Shown here: positions 26,467 to 35,346 of the stretch, one piece after another
Layout: every line of letters begins with the position of its first letter
How positions within the stretch are numbered: the first letter of the stretch is position 1
Assembly (NCBI GenBank): GCA_044326545.1
Contig: JBIRBM010000005.1
Coordinates: forward strand, 13,457 to 77,456
Source: Parachlamydiaceae bacterium
GTDB taxonomy: Bacteria > Chlamydiota > Chlamydiia > Chlamydiales > Parachlamydiaceae
Length of the DNA: 64,000 bases
Direction: 5' to 3'
Notes under the pieces: model-generated
What the model saw: the letters and a program-made list of their open reading frames with translations, nothing else
Database searches by the model: none
Told to the model about the DNA's origin: nothing
Translations under genes and position numbers: made by a program

Positions 26467-27984
26467 ATGACAAAAGAACAACATGCCATTAGTCCTACAA
26501 GAGCAGAAGATTATCCAGAGTGGTACCAACAAGTGATCAAAGCTGCTGATATGGCAGAAAATGCTCCGGTTCGCGGCTGCATGGTGATTAAAGGATGGGG
26601 ATATGGAATTTGGGAAAATATTCAGCGGGCTCTTGATCAAGAAATCAAAGCGACAGGCCATGAAAACGTCTATTTTCCACTGTTTATTCCCTTGAGTTTT
26701 TTTGAAAAGGAAGCGGCGCATGTTGAAGGATTTGCTAAAGAATGCGCCGTCGTCACCCATCATCGCTTAGAAGAAAAGGATGGGCGGTTGATTCCGGCTG
26801 GGGAGTTGGAAGAACCTTTAGTTGTCCGCCCCACATCTGAGACAATTATCGGGGATTCGTTTTCTCGCTGGGTTGAATCATACCGAGACTTGCCCCTTCT
26901 GATTAACCAGTGGGCTAATGTTGTCCGATGGGAAATGCGCCCCCGTATTTTTTTGCGGACGACCGAATTTCTTTGGCAAGAAGGGCACACAGCGCACGCT
27001 ACAGAAGGAGAGGCGATTGAAGAGACATTAAAGATGCTGGAGGTTTATCGTCATGTTGTGGAAGATCTATTGGCAATCCCCGTCATCATGGGCGAAAAAT
27101 CACCCGGAGAACGGTTTCCTGGAGCGGAAAATACCTATACTCTTGAAATGATGATGCAAGATCGAAAAGCTTTGCAATCGTGTACGTCTCATTATTTAGG
27201 TCAGAATTTTGCGAAGGCGTCGAATATCCGTTTTACCAATAAAGAAGGGGTGTTACAGTATGCCTATACGACCTCTTGGGGAATGACGACTCGGTTAATT
27301 GGAAGTTTGATCATGTGCCATGGGGATGATGATGGTTTGCGTTTGCCTCCCCGGATCGCCCCTAAGCAAATTGTGATTATTCCTGTTATTCCAAAACCGG
27401 AGATGGAATCTGATGTCTTGGCTTATGCTGAGCAATTAGCACAGGATCTTAGAGCACAATCATTTTACGGCAAACCGATTGCGGTTCATGTTGATAAACG
27501 AGATCGCAGAGGCGGGGAGAAAAATTGGGAGTGGATCAAAAAAGGGGTTCCTATACGAGTAGAGGTCGGGCCGCGGGATGTTCAGGCAGCAGTCGTGATG
27601 GTTGCAAGGCGTGATCGTCCAATCAAAGAGAAGCAATCTCTTCCTATTCAAGCATTCGTCGATCAAGCTTCTCATCTTTTAGAGGACATTCAGCAGCATT
27701 ATTTTCGGCAGGCGACAGCCTATCGCGATGCCCAAATCTATGAAAATATCGAGACATTTGATCAGCTCAAGAGATTTTTTACGCCGACAAATGAAGAGAA
27801 GCCGGAGATTCATGGGGGATTTGTTCTGGGCAAGTGGTGCGGTGATCCTGCAACAGAGGAGATGCTCAAAGAGCTTAAGGTCACAATTAGATGCCTTCCC
27901 TTGAAGCAAAGTGGAACAAAAGGGCGATGTATTTTAACGGGAAGGGATGCAGTATTAGATGCTATTTTTGCGAAGTCGTATTAA
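26467..27984 (+). CDS. proS: Proline--tRNA ligase (archaeal/eukaryote-like type)
   Basis: 505 aa. Class II motifs (FRDE-like WANVVRWEMRPRIFLRTTEFLWQEGHTAH; SWGMTTR), an anticodon-binding domain, and a C-terminal ProRS-C_1-like tail ending in Y. Confidence 0.92.
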   Translation: MTKEQHAISPTRAEDYPEWYQQVIKAADMAENAPVRGCMVIKGWGYGIWENIQRALDQEIKATGHENVYFPLFIPLSFFEKEAAHVEGFAKECAVVTHHRLEEKDGRLIPAGELEEPLVVRPTSETIIGDSFSRWVESYRDLPLLINQWANVVRWEMRPRIFLRTTEFLWQEGHTAHATEGEAIEETLKMLEVYRHVVEDLLAIPVIMGEKSPGERFPGAENTYTLEMMMQDRKALQSCTSHYLGQNFAKASNIRFTNKEGVLQYAYTTSWGMTTRLIGSLIMCHGDDDGLRLPPRIAPKQIVIIPVIPKPEMESDVLAYAEQLAQDLRAQSFYGKPIAVHVDKRDRRGGEKNWEWIKKGVPIRVEVGPRDVQAAVVMVARRDRPIKEKQSLPIQAFVDQASHLLEDIQQHYFRQATAYRDAQIYENIETFDQLKRFFTPTNEEKPEIHGGFVLGKWCGDPATEEMLKELKVTIRCLPLKQSGTKGRCILTGRDAVLDAIFAKSY

Positions 27985-28040
27985 GAACTGGTTCAGAATC
28001 TTTGATCACGATGCTTTGCTGCTATAAATCGGCTATAAAC
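27985..28040. repeat. Family B left arm plus internal module (B5)
   Basis: GAACTGGTTCAGAATCTTTGATCACGATGCTTTGCTGCTATAAATCGGCTATAAAC, directly after the proS TAA. Confidence 0.7.
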
Positions 28041-28072
28041 TCACCTTACACACTCCCGTGCCTAAGGTGAGT
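28039..28072. repeat. Family A mini-hairpin (A4), fused to a family B arm
   Basis: ACTCACCTTACACACTCCCGTGCCTAAGGTGAGT, followed by TAAGAACC. Confidence 0.7.
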
Positions 28073-28214
28073 TAAGAACCCCTCTAATAGACTGTTTAGC
28101 GGTAGGTTTTAAGAGCCTTGTCTTAAGATTTTCGATCTACGGCGGTTTTGGTGGGTCCCAAAGGCTCAAAATGTGAAGAGAGGAGTCTGAGTGCTAAAAA
28201 TGGCAAAGTTGAGT

Positions 28215-28538
28215 TTAGCGGATAAAGAGCCAATGCTGTTGCACTTTTCCCTTTTCAGACATCGTCTTTTTTGTTTTATTAACATCGATGACGTTATTTA
28301 ATTCTAGATTGAGTTTTTCATCTAATTTTCTTTTTTCTGCTTCCAGAAGGTCCCACATTGATGAATCAAAATTCTCACGATTTTCTATAAAATGTCTTAA
28401 TTCAGCTGACGTTAATCCTAATTCGTTCACCAGGTTAAGATAGTCTTGGTGGAGACGATCTGTTTGAATAGATAACTCAGTGAGTTTTTTCTCGGTTCTA
28501 CTGATTTTTTCTTGAATTTTTTCTTTAATGATGATCAT
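28215..28538 (-). CDS. Small coiled-coil hypothetical protein
   Basis: 107-aa ORF with a heptad-like charged sequence. No family recognised. Confidence 0.4.
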   Translation of the reverse strand: MIIIKEKIQEKISRTEKKLTELSIQTDRLHQDYLNLVNELGLTSAELRHFIENRENFDSSMWDLLEAEKRKLDEKLNLELNNVIDVNKTKKTMSEKGKVQQHWLFIR

Positions 28539-28586
28539 AACGCTTCTATTTTTGTTGTTCGAGCTTCACCTTGATTTTGTATAATT

Positions 28587-28635
28587 TTAGACCTATTCAA
28601 AATCTTTGATCCGATGATGTTAAACAGACTCTAAG
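28587..28635. mobile_element. Family B short form (B6, 49 bp)
   Basis: TTAGACCTATTCAAAATCTTTGATCCGATGATGTTAAACAGACTCTAAG. Confidence 0.7.
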
Positions 28636-28689
28636 GAGAGTGTTTGCAACGAATTTTAGAAGGGATTTATTTTAATAACAAGAGGGTTT

Positions 28690-29616
28690 TTAGTTTTCTT
28701 TTTTCTCTTTCATAGGAAATAAGCATGATGCACCGATAGATAAAGATAGCGTAGAAATGATAACGCATAATGTGATCGAAGTTGGAATATCGAGATAGTG
28801 CGCCAATATCATCTTAGACCCGATAAAAACCAAAATAAATGCTAATCCATAATGAAGAAGGTAAAAGGTTTTCATAATCCCCTCCAACGCAAAAAAAAGA
28901 GAACGAAGCCCTAAGATGGCGAAAATATTTGAAGTGTAGACGATGAATGGGTCTGTGGTAATTCCCAAAATGGCCGGAACAGAGTCCAAAGCGAAAATAA
29001 GATCTGTTGTTTCGATCAAAATGACGACAGCGAGTAAAGGCGTTGCGACCCATTGATTGGCGATTTTGATCATAAAGGAGGTGCCATGATAAGAATCGGT
29101 AAAAGGAAGTCTTGCTTTTAACCATCGATAAACAATCCCTTCTTCTGCCTCCTCCTCTTTTTCTGTATGAAAAGCTAATCGAATCCCTGAAATGATCAAA
29201 AAGAGTCCAAATACAATAAAAATCCATTCAAAGTGCTGGATTAAGGCGATTCCTCCCCAAATAAGAAGTGCTCGCATGACGATGGCACCTAAAATACCAT
29301 AAAAAAGCACTTGATGTTTTGCCGTATCAGGAACTTTAAAATGAGCAAAGAGAAGTAAAAAGATAAATAGGTTGTCAATGCTAAGGGATTTTTCAAGAAG
29401 ATAGCCAGTGAAAAAATCGAGCCCTTGCTGACTCCCAAATGTAAAATAGATCCAGATGTTGAAACTGATTGCGAGGACAACCCATCCCAATGAGGTCAGC
29501 AGCGCCTCTTTTATTCCTATAGGATGGGGATGACGGAAAAAACGCCACAGATCTATTGATAATATCAAGAGAATCATGACATTAAATCCAATCCATTGAG
29601 AGAGAGTTGCTGACAT
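28690..29616 (-). CDS. TerC family integral membrane protein
   Basis: LEKSLSIDNLFIF and ETTDLIFALDSVPAILGIT are the paired TerC signature repeats. Start set at ATG 29614-29616. Confidence 0.85.
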   Translation of the reverse strand: MSATLSQWIGFNVMILLILSIDLWRFFRHPHPIGIKEALLTSLGWVVLAISFNIWIYFTFGSQQGLDFFTGYLLEKSLSIDNLFIFLLLFAHFKVPDTAKHQVLFYGILGAIVMRALLIWGGIALIQHFEWIFIVFGLFLIISGIRLAFHTEKEEEAEEGIVYRWLKARLPFTDSYHGTSFMIKIANQWVATPLLAVVILIETTDLIFALDSVPAILGITTDPFIVYTSNIFAILGLRSLFFALEGIMKTFYLLHYGLAFILVFIGSKMILAHYLDIPTSITLCVIISTLSLSIGASCLFPMKEKKEN

Positions 29617-29813
29617 TTTTAATGACACTTCTGTTAAAATTCTTGGTTGATCTAAAAAAAACAAGATAGTATAATGGATGAAATTAATGCAAGGTTGCGT
29701 TAAATGAAGCCTTTTTGCTGCTCATTTTTTCTTTGGCAACAAAAAAGCCCTCTATAAAATATCAATCCATCATCCTTTTCTTTTTGCAGAGATTTCTGTA
29801 AAAAAAAAAGTGC

Positions 29814-31298
29814 ATGAAAAATTCAGATCAAAATAATTTTATTGCGAATTCCACGACACCTTTGGTGAAGCGTGCCTTGATTTTAGGGCAATTTTTTTTA
29901 ATCATCTTTGTTTATCATATTTTAAAAGATTTAAAAGATACGTTGGTCATTACCTCGAGCGACGCAGGTGCTCAAGTGATTCCGTTTCTCAAGATTTGGG
30001 TCATCCTTCCGTTTGCTATCTTGACGAGTTATCTTTTTTCAAAAATTTATCAACGTTTTGGACGTGAAAAAACACTCTATTTTTTCGTTTCGTTACTGTT
30101 GGTTTCCTATGCTCTATTTGCTTTTTGTCTTTATCCTTTTCGAGAGAAACTTCACTTTTATGCACTGTCTGATTTTTTAACTTTGGCTCTCCCCGTCGGG
30201 TTTAAAGGGTTCATTTCAATGGTTAGCTATTGGATCTATACCCTTTTTTACTTAACCGCAGAGCTTTGGGCGATGATGATTTTGACGGTCTTGTTTTGGG
30301 GGTATCTCAACGAGATTCACACGTCTCAACAAGCGAAATCTTTTTATCCCATTTGTGTTTTTGTCGGAAATTGTGCAGGCATTTTATCCGGTCAAACCTC
30401 GCGTTTTCTTTGTCATTCATTAATGGATACTCTTTCTTGGCAAGAAACTCTTCAGATTATGGTTTCACTTGTTATTGTGTGCGGGATTGGGATTATGGTG
30501 ATCAATCGCTTGTTATCAAATCTCAACACACCTGTTGTTTTGCGTGAAGCAAAAAAAAATGCTTCTTCGATGGGTTTTACAGAAAGTGTCTTATGTATCG
30601 TGCAATCTAAGCCCCTGATGTGCATTGCAACGCTGGTGGTTGGTTTTGCATTAACGAGTAATTTAATTGAGGTTGTATGGAAAGAGACGATTAAAGGGGT
30701 TTATCCTTCACCGCAAGCGTATAATGCTTATGTCAATCAGTTAACATCGATTATAGGCACTTTTGCTGTGTGCACATCTCTTCTGTCTCGTTGGATTTTT
30801 CAAAGAGTGAGTTGGGTGAAGATTGCATTAGTGACCCCTGTTAGTCTTTTTATCACAAGCTTTGCTTTTTTCTTTTCAATGCAAATAGCGGAGGAATCTC
30901 TTTCTCCTTTTGCTTCATTATTTAAAATGAATTCACTCTATTTTGTTATGACAATGGGGTCGATTTATTATGTTTTGGCTTTAACGGCTAAATACACCAT
31001 TTTTGATATGTGTAAAGAAATGGCGTTTCTCTCGATTCATCCGAATGAACGGATGCGAGCAAAATCAGTGATTGATAGTATCGGATCGCGATTGGGTAAG
31101 TCAGGCTCTTCTTGCTTGTACCAAGTGTTGTTAATTACATTTGGTTCAACTGCTGGTCATGTCTCTATTGTGGGGATTACCGCCATTCTTGTGATAGGAA
31201 TTTCCATTATTGCGACAAAAAAATTGGGGGATCATATTTCTAGTCAAGGGGCTGACCGCTTGAAAGAAGAACAGATATTAGTTGAGGCTCCAGGTTAA
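29814..31298 (+). CDS. Nucleotide transporter, TLC (ATP/ADP translocase, NTT) family
   Basis: 494 aa, about 12 TM segments. N-terminal LKDLKDTLVITSSDAGAQVIPFLKIWVILP and later AELWAMMILTVLFWGYLNEI match the chlamydial/rickettsial/plastid NTT family. Confidence 0.88.
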   Translation: MKNSDQNNFIANSTTPLVKRALILGQFFLIIFVYHILKDLKDTLVITSSDAGAQVIPFLKIWVILPFAILTSYLFSKIYQRFGREKTLYFFVSLLLVSYALFAFCLYPFREKLHFYALSDFLTLALPVGFKGFISMVSYWIYTLFYLTAELWAMMILTVLFWGYLNEIHTSQQAKSFYPICVFVGNCAGILSGQTSRFLCHSLMDTLSWQETLQIMVSLVIVCGIGIMVINRLLSNLNTPVVLREAKKNASSMGFTESVLCIVQSKPLMCIATLVVGFALTSNLIEVVWKETIKGVYPSPQAYNAYVNQLTSIIGTFAVCTSLLSRWIFQRVSWVKIALVTPVSLFITSFAFFFSMQIAEESLSPFASLFKMNSLYFVMTMGSIYYVLALTAKYTIFDMCKEMAFLSIHPNERMRAKSVIDSIGSRLGKSGSSCLYQVLLITFGSTAGHVSIVGITAILVIGISIIATKKLGDHISSQGADRLKEEQILVEAPG

Positions 31299-31373
31299 TG
31301 TCATCGGGCTTGCGGCGCGATAAGCTTTAGACCTTCTTGAAAAAAGGTTTTAATAACGCTGTTTGGTCTGTTT

Positions 31374-31402
31374 AAATCGCACTCCTGGTGCGTCAGGTGA
31401 GT
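31374..31402. repeat. Family A repeat, right arm (A5)
   Basis: AAATCGCACTCCTGGTGCGTCAGGTGAGT, downstream of the NTT gene. Confidence 0.6.
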
Positions 31403-31675
31403 GGTGAGTGCTGCGAGAATTTTTGAGTTAATTCGAATTCGCAAGATTCGCTGTTTCGCCTGCATCTTTTACGTAACAATTGATTCAATATCTTCAATTC
31501 GATGAGATTGATATCAAATTTTAAAGATTTCTTCACTAAGAATTAACAAGAAAAACATTGATTTAAATTTTATTTTTTGTGACAATCCTACACATTAGTT
31601 AATTAAATAAATGTGAATATCTCAGAATCAAAATGATTTTTTAATTTAATTCACAATAAAAAAGAGAGGAATTGT

Positions 31676-32290
31676 ATGAGTCCATTAAAAAATTTGAATA
31701 CAACAGGTAGTCGCTGGGAAGGATATGTTGATGATGTGATGACAAAGCTTGAACGCTACTCAACCGATTTTTCCAAATATGCTAAGTCAGAAGAGGGAAA
31801 AAAGTTGATTGCTCAAGTTCAGATCATTTCAACGCTTGCTTCAGCTGCTATTTTGGCTTTTGCATCACCCTTAGTAGTCGGGATCTCGACATTAGCCGGA
31901 GTTGTTGTTAAGACATTTTCTCCTGAACAGGTGGAAAATATTAGTGATAGTCTGGGGGACATTTCCTCTAATCTTCCGGGTGGTGTGAAAATGCTGGCTG
32001 CTGTCATTGCTGTGACCTATGCGCCTATTTTATTCCCGACGACGGCCGGACTCTATTTTGGTTTAACATTGATTCCTACACCTGATCCCAAAGAAGTTGT
32101 GGGGGTGTTAGATCATGTTGCCGGTCAAGTCAAGGGTTCGCCGCCAATTTCATCATGGAATCAATCAGTTCTGAAAGAGAAAGAAGAGGAATCAACATTG
32201 TCTGCTCGTCAGATCTTTGTCCGTTCCACACAGCCGCCATTACCTCCCCCAGCTAAACAAAATTCGTTGTTGACTGAGGAATTTTATTAA
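31676..32290 (+). CDS. Hypothetical membrane protein with two bilobed hydrophobic domains (Inc-like) and Pro-rich tail
   Basis: IISTLASAAILAFASPLVVGISTLAGVVV and MLAAVIAVTYAPILFPTTAGLYFGLTLI. C-terminal QPPLPPPAKQ. RBS AGAGAGGAA upstream. Confidence 0.5.
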   Translation: MSPLKNLNTTGSRWEGYVDDVMTKLERYSTDFSKYAKSEEGKKLIAQVQIISTLASAAILAFASPLVVGISTLAGVVVKTFSPEQVENISDSLGDISSNLPGGVKMLAAVIAVTYAPILFPTTAGLYFGLTLIPTPDPKEVVGVLDHVAGQVKGSPPISSWNQSVLKEKEEESTLSARQIFVRSTQPPLPPPAKQNSLLTEEFY

Positions 32291-32340
32291 CATAAGATTC
32301 ATCGGTTTATCTTTTGGACGTCATATGATGTCCAATAGGA

Positions 32341-32374
32341 GACCTGTCTTCAAAATTGTTTTGAAGGCAGGTTC
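32341..32374. repeat. Family B-like mini-hairpin (B18)
   Basis: GACCTGTCTTCAAAATTGTTTTGAAGGCAGGTTC, abutting A6. Confidence 0.5.
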
Positions 32375-32377
32375 TTA

Positions 32378-32421
32378 ACTCACCTTCAGTCTAAATCGCA
32401 CTCGCGGTGCGTCAGGTGAGT
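32378..32421. repeat. Family A repeat (A6), forming the plsX 3' end
   Basis: ACTCACCTTCAGTCTAAATCGCACTCGCGGTGCGTCAGGTGAGT. Its reverse complement encodes ...THLTHRECDLD-stop. Confidence 0.75.
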
Positions 32422-33414
32422 CTTTAATTGGCTCTTCATTTTATCAATAAAATGATTTTCTACCAGACGAATCGCTCCTTCTATTCCTTTCAAAAGTCCT
32501 TGATGCGAGGATTGACCGTGACATTTCACGACGATACAATCAATCCCGCAAAGAATGGCTCCGCTGTATTCTTCGTAGTCAAAACGAGAGGTAAGATGAT
32601 TGAGAATAGACAAGCGCTTATCGGGTGTTGTTTGTTGAAGGATATGATCCAGTTGATTGAGAAAGAAAGAAGAAATTCCTTCAGATGTTTTAAGTAAAAC
32701 ATTTCCTGTAAATCCGTCAGTGACAAGAACGTCAATCTTTCCATTGAAAACGTCTCTTGCCTCAACATTTCCTGTGAATATGCTCGGCTGTTTTTTTTCT
32801 ATCGTTTTCAGGATTTGATACGCTTCACGTAACTCCGACGTCCCTTTTTTAGATTCAACCCCAATATTTAGAAGGCCGACACAGGGTTTTTCAATTTTGT
32901 TCCAGCTCGTTTGGTAAGCAACTCCCAATTGTGCAAATTCGACGAGATGGCGAGCTTTGCACGAGACATTTCCTCCTACATCGATGATCGCAACCTCTCC
33001 TGTTTTTGTTGGTAAAACAGCTAATAAGGCGGGGCGCTTGATATTGGCTAAAAGAGGAAGGTGAATCGTTGCTCCGACGATTAAGGCTCCTGTATTACCT
33101 GCCGAAACAAAGGCATCTAAATCGCGTTTCTTTAAAAATTTCAAGCCTAAAATTAACGAAGAATCTTTTTTTTCGCGAATCGCGATGAGGGGATCGTCTT
33201 GCATGTCAATGACGTTAGATGCAATTTGAAATTCAATTGGAAGATGCTCAAAAGAGGCCTTTAAGATCTGCTGCAAGAGAATTTCATCAAGAGCTTGTTG
33301 TGTTAAAAATACAACAAAGGTGATATGAGTCAATTTCTTTGCAGCTTGTTCTACAGCTGTAAATAGGCTGGTTGGAGAGACGTCGCTCCCCATAAGATCG
33401 ATGCCAATGCGCAA
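32386..33414 (-). CDS. plsX: Phosphate acyltransferase PlsX
   Basis: IGIDLMGSD start, SAGNTGA, and VKCHGQS near the C terminus. TTG start. The last 11 codons plus the stop lie in family A repeat copy A6. Confidence 0.9.
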   Translation of the reverse strand: MRIGIDLMGSDVSPTSLFTAVEQAAKKLTHITFVVFLTQQALDEILLQQILKASFEHLPIEFQIASNVIDMQDDPLIAIREKKDSSLILGLKFLKKRDLDAFVSAGNTGALIVGATIHLPLLANIKRPALLAVLPTKTGEVAIIDVGGNVSCKARHLVEFAQLGVAYQTSWNKIEKPCVGLLNIGVESKKGTSELREAYQILKTIEKKQPSIFTGNVEARDVFNGKIDVLVTDGFTGNVLLKTSEGISSFFLNQLDHILQQTTPDKRLSILNHLTSRFDYEEYSGAILCGIDCIVVKCHGQSSHQGLLKGIEGAIRLVENHFIDKMKSQLKTHLTHRECDLD

Positions 33415-33450
33415 GCGGGGGACTCCTTGTGATCAATGGATTTATGTGCT

Positions 33451-33551
33451 GTGAGATGTTGAAATGTTGCGTTTGATGGCTGAGCAGTCAGTCGATTATT
33501 AAATCGCGATAGCTTTTGTGTCGCTCAAAACGCAACATTTCAACACTTCAC
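33451..33551. mobile_element. Family F palindromic element (101 bp)
   Basis: The arms GTGAGATGTTGAAATGTTGCGTTTGA and TCAAAACGCAACATTTCAACACTTCAC are reverse complements (2-3 mismatches or indels). Single copy in this window. Confidence 0.7.
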
Positions 33552-33567
33552 ATTGTCATGAACCCAC

Positions 33568-33721
33568 TTAAGAACCTGTTTAAAATATTCGATCTGATAA
33601 TTTGTGTGCTAAAATTTGCGATAAACCGGTAAAATTTTTTTGCAATCTTAAAAACTTTGCCGGTTCATCGTGTGTTTATAGCAATAAAGCACTCTGATGA
33701 TAGATTTTAAACAGGCTCTAA
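33568..33721. mobile_element. Family B MITE-like element, long form (B7, about 154 bp)
   Basis: TTAAGAACCTGTTTAAAATATTCGATCTGATAATTTGTGTGCTAAAATTTGCGATAAACCGG...CCGGTTCATCGTGTGTTTATAGCAATAAAGCACTCTGATGATAGATTTTAAACAGGCTCTAA. Confidence 0.75.
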
Positions 33722-33757
33722 CATAAATGGCATGCGTGAATTTGAGAAAAACAAGCG

Positions 33758-33940
33758 TTATGCAGAAGTTTGTTCTGTAGAGGCTTTTTCTCCGTAAACT
33801 CCACAAGCTTGACAGCTAAAGTGGGGGCGGCGTGGGGCTCCACAGCTGGTACAGGTGGACAAATGTTTTGGTGTTTTTGCATGGTGGGCACGTTTTGAAT
33901 TTTTACGTGCATTCGACATGCGATTACGTGGTACTGCCAT
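33758..33940 (-). CDS. rpmF: 50S ribosomal protein L32
   Basis: MAVPRNRMSNARKNSKRAHH... with CxxC...CxxC zinc-ribbon cysteines. Confidence 0.92.
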   Translation of the reverse strand: MAVPRNRMSNARKNSKRAHHAKTPKHLSTCTSCGAPRRPHFSCQACGVYGEKASTEQTSA

Positions 33941-33970
33941 GATTCATTCTCCTCATCTCATCATTAATAA

Positions 33971-34441
33971 TTACTTCCAATCCAAATCGGCAAAGGGATG
34001 ATATCCCTCTTCATCAGATGGGGGATTGGAAGGCTCTTTTAGATATTTTTGATATTCTTGGCGTTTGGGGCATTGTCCTTCATGACATTCAATGAAAGGA
34101 GGAATCTCAAGGAGAATTGTTTCTCTTAAAAGATTCTTGAAATTATAAACGCCTGTCTTGATTTCTGAAACAGGTTCGCTATAATAAAAATCACAAATGT
34201 CTATCAGGGTTTTGACCGGTTCATTGCAGATTGAACAGGGCATAATGGCTTCTGCACGGGTGTTCCATTTTAAAACCAATTCATGTTCAGCTAAATAAGC
34301 AACGCCTTCTAATTCAACAGGTTTTTCAAAAATTAGATCCGGTTCTTGGACATCAAGGAAGCTAGGGTCTAATTTCTCATTGATTTGCTCTTCCCGGCCA
34401 TCTCGTAATTGTTCAATATAGATTTTAAAAAAATCATCCAT
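33971..34441 (-). CDS. yceD: YceD/DUF177 family protein
   Basis: 156 aa immediately upstream of rpmF, in the conserved yceD-rpmF-plsX order. CSICNEP...C...HEGQC cysteine cluster and an acidic tail. Confidence 0.8.
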   Translation of the reverse strand: MDDFFKIYIEQLRDGREEQINEKLDPSFLDVQEPDLIFEKPVELEGVAYLAEHELVLKWNTRAEAIMPCSICNEPVKTLIDICDFYYSEPVSEIKTGVYNFKNLLRETILLEIPPFIECHEGQCPKRQEYQKYLKEPSNPPSDEEGYHPFADLDWK

Positions 34442-34769
34442 GCTTTGTCCGTATGAGGGGGATAAAAATCACGTAAAGATGCTCATTCTATGAGATCACA
34501 TCTTTTTTTACCAACACTTTCTTAAGTCTTTTCACGACTTCTCTTGCAACTCACAGCAAGAGTGCGATATCGGGTAAAATTGTTGAGCTTTTGTCGCTTA
34601 CGATGGTTGCGTTGCAGGACCTTTTAGGAACGCCTAAAGAGCAAAAACAACAAGAATCAGGTTTTTACTGGAAAAGAACCCTTAAATTTCTTACACTCCA
34701 ATTTAAACGTGCCTTTAGCTTAGCGAGGTACGTCTGGTGAGTAGGTAATGGCTTGTTTGAAGATGTTGT

Positions 34770-34816
34770 CATCCGTAGATTCCGGATATCTCAGATAGTT
34801 CCGGAGTCTACGGATG
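34770..34816. other. 17-bp stem hairpin in the long rng upstream region
   Basis: CATCCGTAGATTCCGGA, 13-nt loop, TCCGGAGTCTACGGATG; one mismatch. Confidence 0.6.
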
Positions 34817-34857
34817 CTTACATCATGCTAGAGAGATTTTGACATCAAGAGACTCTC

Positions 34858-34906
34858 TAAGAACCTGTTCAGAATCTTTGATCCAATGATTCTAAACAGG
34901 TTCTAA
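34858..34906. mobile_element. Family B short form (B8), with TAA on both flanks
   Basis: TAA|GAACCTGTTCAGAATCTTTGATCCAATGATTCTAAACAGGTTC|TAA. Confidence 0.85.
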
Positions 34907-35084
34907 AAAATAAAAGATATAAATCAAAGACGCAACTCGTCAATTATACAATGAAAGAGTCTTGTCTGAACTCGATGATCCTGATTAGAGTCTGATTAGA
35001 AGCTCTAAGGGAGTCCTCCATCTCAAAAAAAGAGGAGGCAGTGTTGAACATAAGATGATCTAGGTCATGTTTGGTAAACTTTAG

Positions 35085-35250
35085 AGAGTATCTGAAATAT
35101 GTGATCAGGCTGCTTTGCTGCTATAACAGCCTATCAAAGAAGCGAAAATTTTCTGCGATATGGGGAGATATTGGGAAAGATTTTTGTCTCTTGATAGCTG
35201 ATGTTAGTCAACAATCATCCGGTCGATGTTTTGTAAACACTTTTTTAGTG
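35085..35250. repeat. Family B-related mosaic element (B9)
   Basis: Carries the internal module GATCAGGCTGCTTTGCTGCTATAACAGCCTATCAAAG...AAAATTTTCTGCGATA. The termini are degenerate. Confidence 0.45.
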
Positions 35251-35346
35251 TCTTCCGATTGAGGAATGATCAATAGACTCAATCTGGGGTTAGATCCTTG
35301 TTTGACGAGTGTGTGTTTTTCGTTCAGAGATTGAAAAGGTGACGAA

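Noticed and set aside
29617-29813. A yybP-ykoY (manganese) riboswitch upstream of the TerC-family gene.
   Set aside because: I could not find the conserved GGGGAGUAG or paired four-way-junction blocks on the minus strand by eye. An Rfam scan would be needed to be sure.
35071-35262. 63-aa ORF in the rng upstream region.
   Set aside because: It is encoded by the mosaic family B repeat and has no RBS.
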